Source: Octopus sinensis (Eukaryota). From it: a stretch of DNA of 64,000 nucleotides. Location of the stretch: contig NC_043001.1 of the NCBI RefSeq assembly GCF_006345805.1, positions 102,858,001 to 102,922,000 of the forward strand, given 5' to 3'. The translations under genes and the position numbers were made by a program. The first letter of the stretch is position 1. Each line of letters starts with the position of its first letter. Under the pieces are notes generated by a model that was not told the origin of the DNA, ran no database searches, and saw only the letters and a program-made list of their open reading frames with translations. This document shows, piece by piece, positions 61,790 through 64,000 of the stretch.

Positions 61790-62299
61790 GACAGATAGCA
61801 ATAAGACCAGGTGAGAGTAAAAGAGAGAGGGTGATGGATAGCAGTAAAAGATGGGAAATGGTAAATGAGCTAGTAATGGATGTTAATAACAAGGAGAAGA
61901 GGGAATAATGGGAAAGAAAGTTAATGTAATGGCTACCAGGAATGAAGTGACAATGTCAATAAAATAATCATTAGTAATAAACAAAGATTTAGTCAATCAA
62001 CTGTTGCCCTACCTAAACTCCAAAATAAAATGGCACTGTATTCAGGGAAAATTTATTCTCACCACTCCCAATGTTCCTTAAGAACATGTCCTGACACATC
62101 TTTGCCACCATTTCTCTGTTGCTCTCTTTATCCTACTTTCTGTCTTACCCCACTTTCTTATTCAACTGGAGTATTCCTGTATCTGCTCAACAGCAAGACA
62201 CCCATTCCTGTCCCTCTATAACTCTAATCTCTCATCAGATGGTACAAAGCCATCACCCCCTCTCTACTACTCCCTCCTCCCAACTCAGTGAGCCTGCCA

Positions 62300-62535
62300 G
62301 TTCTAATGCCATGTAAAAAGAATCAGTGATGGTGCCACGTATAAAGCACTGGTTCTGGTTTCATGTAAAAAGCACCCACTACACTGTAAAATGGTTGGCA
62401 TTAGGAAGGGCATCCGGCTGTAGAAACCATGCCAAAACAGACAACGGAGTCTGTTGTGGCTCCTGGCCTTACCAACCCTAGTCAAACCATCCAAACCATG
62501 TCAGCATGGAAAATGGATGTTAAATGACAAAGACG
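62300..62535 (+). mobile_element. Short RTE-3'-end element
   Basis: Family terminus. Confidence 0.75.
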
Positions 62536-62588
62536 ATTTACAATTTAACAAAATGGAGGTCCTCAAGCAACCCTCTTTCATTTTGCAG

Positions 62589-62624
62589 TTCTAAGTAACA
62601 ATGGTAAAAATATAACCCAAACAG
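62589..62624 (+). CDS. Candidate symmetric 36-nt exon, plus strand
   Basis: ctctttcattttgcAG | xLSNNGKNITQT | GTaaga. Phase 1 to 1. Confidence 0.25.
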
Positions 62625-63403
62625 GTAAGACAACCAACTCTACAATACTCTTACTTAACTGCATTCATTCAGAGAGAGAGCAGAAAGCTCAATATAATCT
62701 GAAAGTAGAAACACTAGAAAGCAGCATCAAAATCCCAAATCCCAACACTATTATCTCTGAGCCAACTCAGCTTTCCATAATATATTTGGTGTATAGCCTG
62801 TAAGCTGTTACTGAAGAATCCTAATTGGATATCCAAAACATATTGAAACTAGTTAAAAAGAGTTGATTATGCAGAAAGAAATATATTTCACAGTGAAAAA
62901 TATTCTATGGTTTAGATAAGTGCAGCAGAGTTAACAATTGAAGCTACTGTTTATCAAATACTGCTGATTGCATGTCATAAGCAAAATTACATGAACGTAT
63001 ATAAACAGAAGATACAAATATTACAGGCATCCCCCCACATACCCACACTAAATAAACATAGACGCACATAGAGATATAAGCATGTGCAAGTGAAGACATA
63101 CAATAGAAATACAAAATGGCTGACGGTTAGTAAGGAGAGACACAAATAAGAAAGAAGAAAACAAAGGACCACTGATGCGGTCACAGGAGTGTGACAAAAG
63201 AACTCTGGTCGAAATAAGATTAAGATTAATGTAAAAAATAAATAACACTGAAGCAAAATAACACCAAATATATAGTGCGTGTGTTTTTATTGGCTAAACT
63301 GGCAAAATGACCATTCCGAAATATAATAATATCTGTTTCAACACACGACTTCACATAAAAAATCTTGCACAACAAACATTTGAACGTATATATATATATA
63401 TAT

Positions 63404-63650
63404 CATCATCATCATCATCATCGTTTAACGTCCGTTTTCCGCGCTAGCACGGGTTGGACGGTTTCGACCGGGGTCTGGGGAGCTAGGGACTGCCCCAGGC
63501 TCCAGTCTAGTCTGGCAGAGTTTCTACGGCTGGATGCCCTTCCTAACGCCAACCACTCCGCGAGTGTAGTGGGTGTTTTTTACGTGCCACCTGCACAGGT
63601 GCCAGAGGGGTCTGGCATCGGCCACGTTCGGATGGTGCTTTTTTTATGTG
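63404..63650 (-). mobile_element. Short RTE-3'-end element, very young (CpGs retained)
   Basis: Near-consensus terminus with many intact CG dinucleotides. Confidence 0.85.
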
Positions 63651-64000
63651 TGGGGGGGGTGCAGAAATATAGGGGAGCACCAGTGGGGAGGGGTGGTTCA
63701 GAGAAATGATGACAGGTTCTAGGCAAGTAGAACGTAGGATATCAAGAGAGGGGTAATGCATGGTGAAATAGCGTATTGAAGAGGGGGGTTCGAAGAGTAG
63801 ACACCTATTATGGTGGTGGGAGAAGCGACATCCGGTATGGATGGAACAAAAATATAGAGATATCCGGTATTGGTGGTGGGGGTGGGCAGGGCGGGTGCAC
63901 CGCGAATACACGATGGTTGATGAATACACGAGAGGCGAGATGGGTAATGGATAAATTAGTTTAAATAGTTAGATAGATATAGAAATTAGTTAAAAATAGC

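Overview
AT-rich, repeat-dense eukaryotic DNA. It is most likely octopus (coleoid cephalopod), inferred from the tRNA-derived SINE families, (CAT)n-tailed RTE elements and TA/CA microsatellites as I recall them, not from a database search. Only one host exon is recognisable with confidence: a 92-nt minus-strand exon of Greatwall/MASTL kinase (17796-17887). I could not find its neighbouring exons in the window. A few plus-strand segments have splice signals and open frames but match no protein I know. The rest is mobile DNA: a young 5'-truncated RTE LINE with an intact RT+PHD frame (10982-13700), an inverted decayed copy (18651-20835), about 20 short copies of its 3' end, a near-intact 6-kb Helitron (about 43011-49010), a 5'-truncated CR1-type LINE inside a minisatellite, three tRNA-SINE families, hAT and DD37D DNA-transposon relics, several long palindromic elements and older LINE fragments. 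One palindrome (55992-56224) carries two inverted Penelope-type hammerhead-ribozyme-like motifs. Most entries in the ORF track are microsatellite read-throughs or antisense shadows of TE ORFs. Repeat boundaries were read by eye and are approximate.
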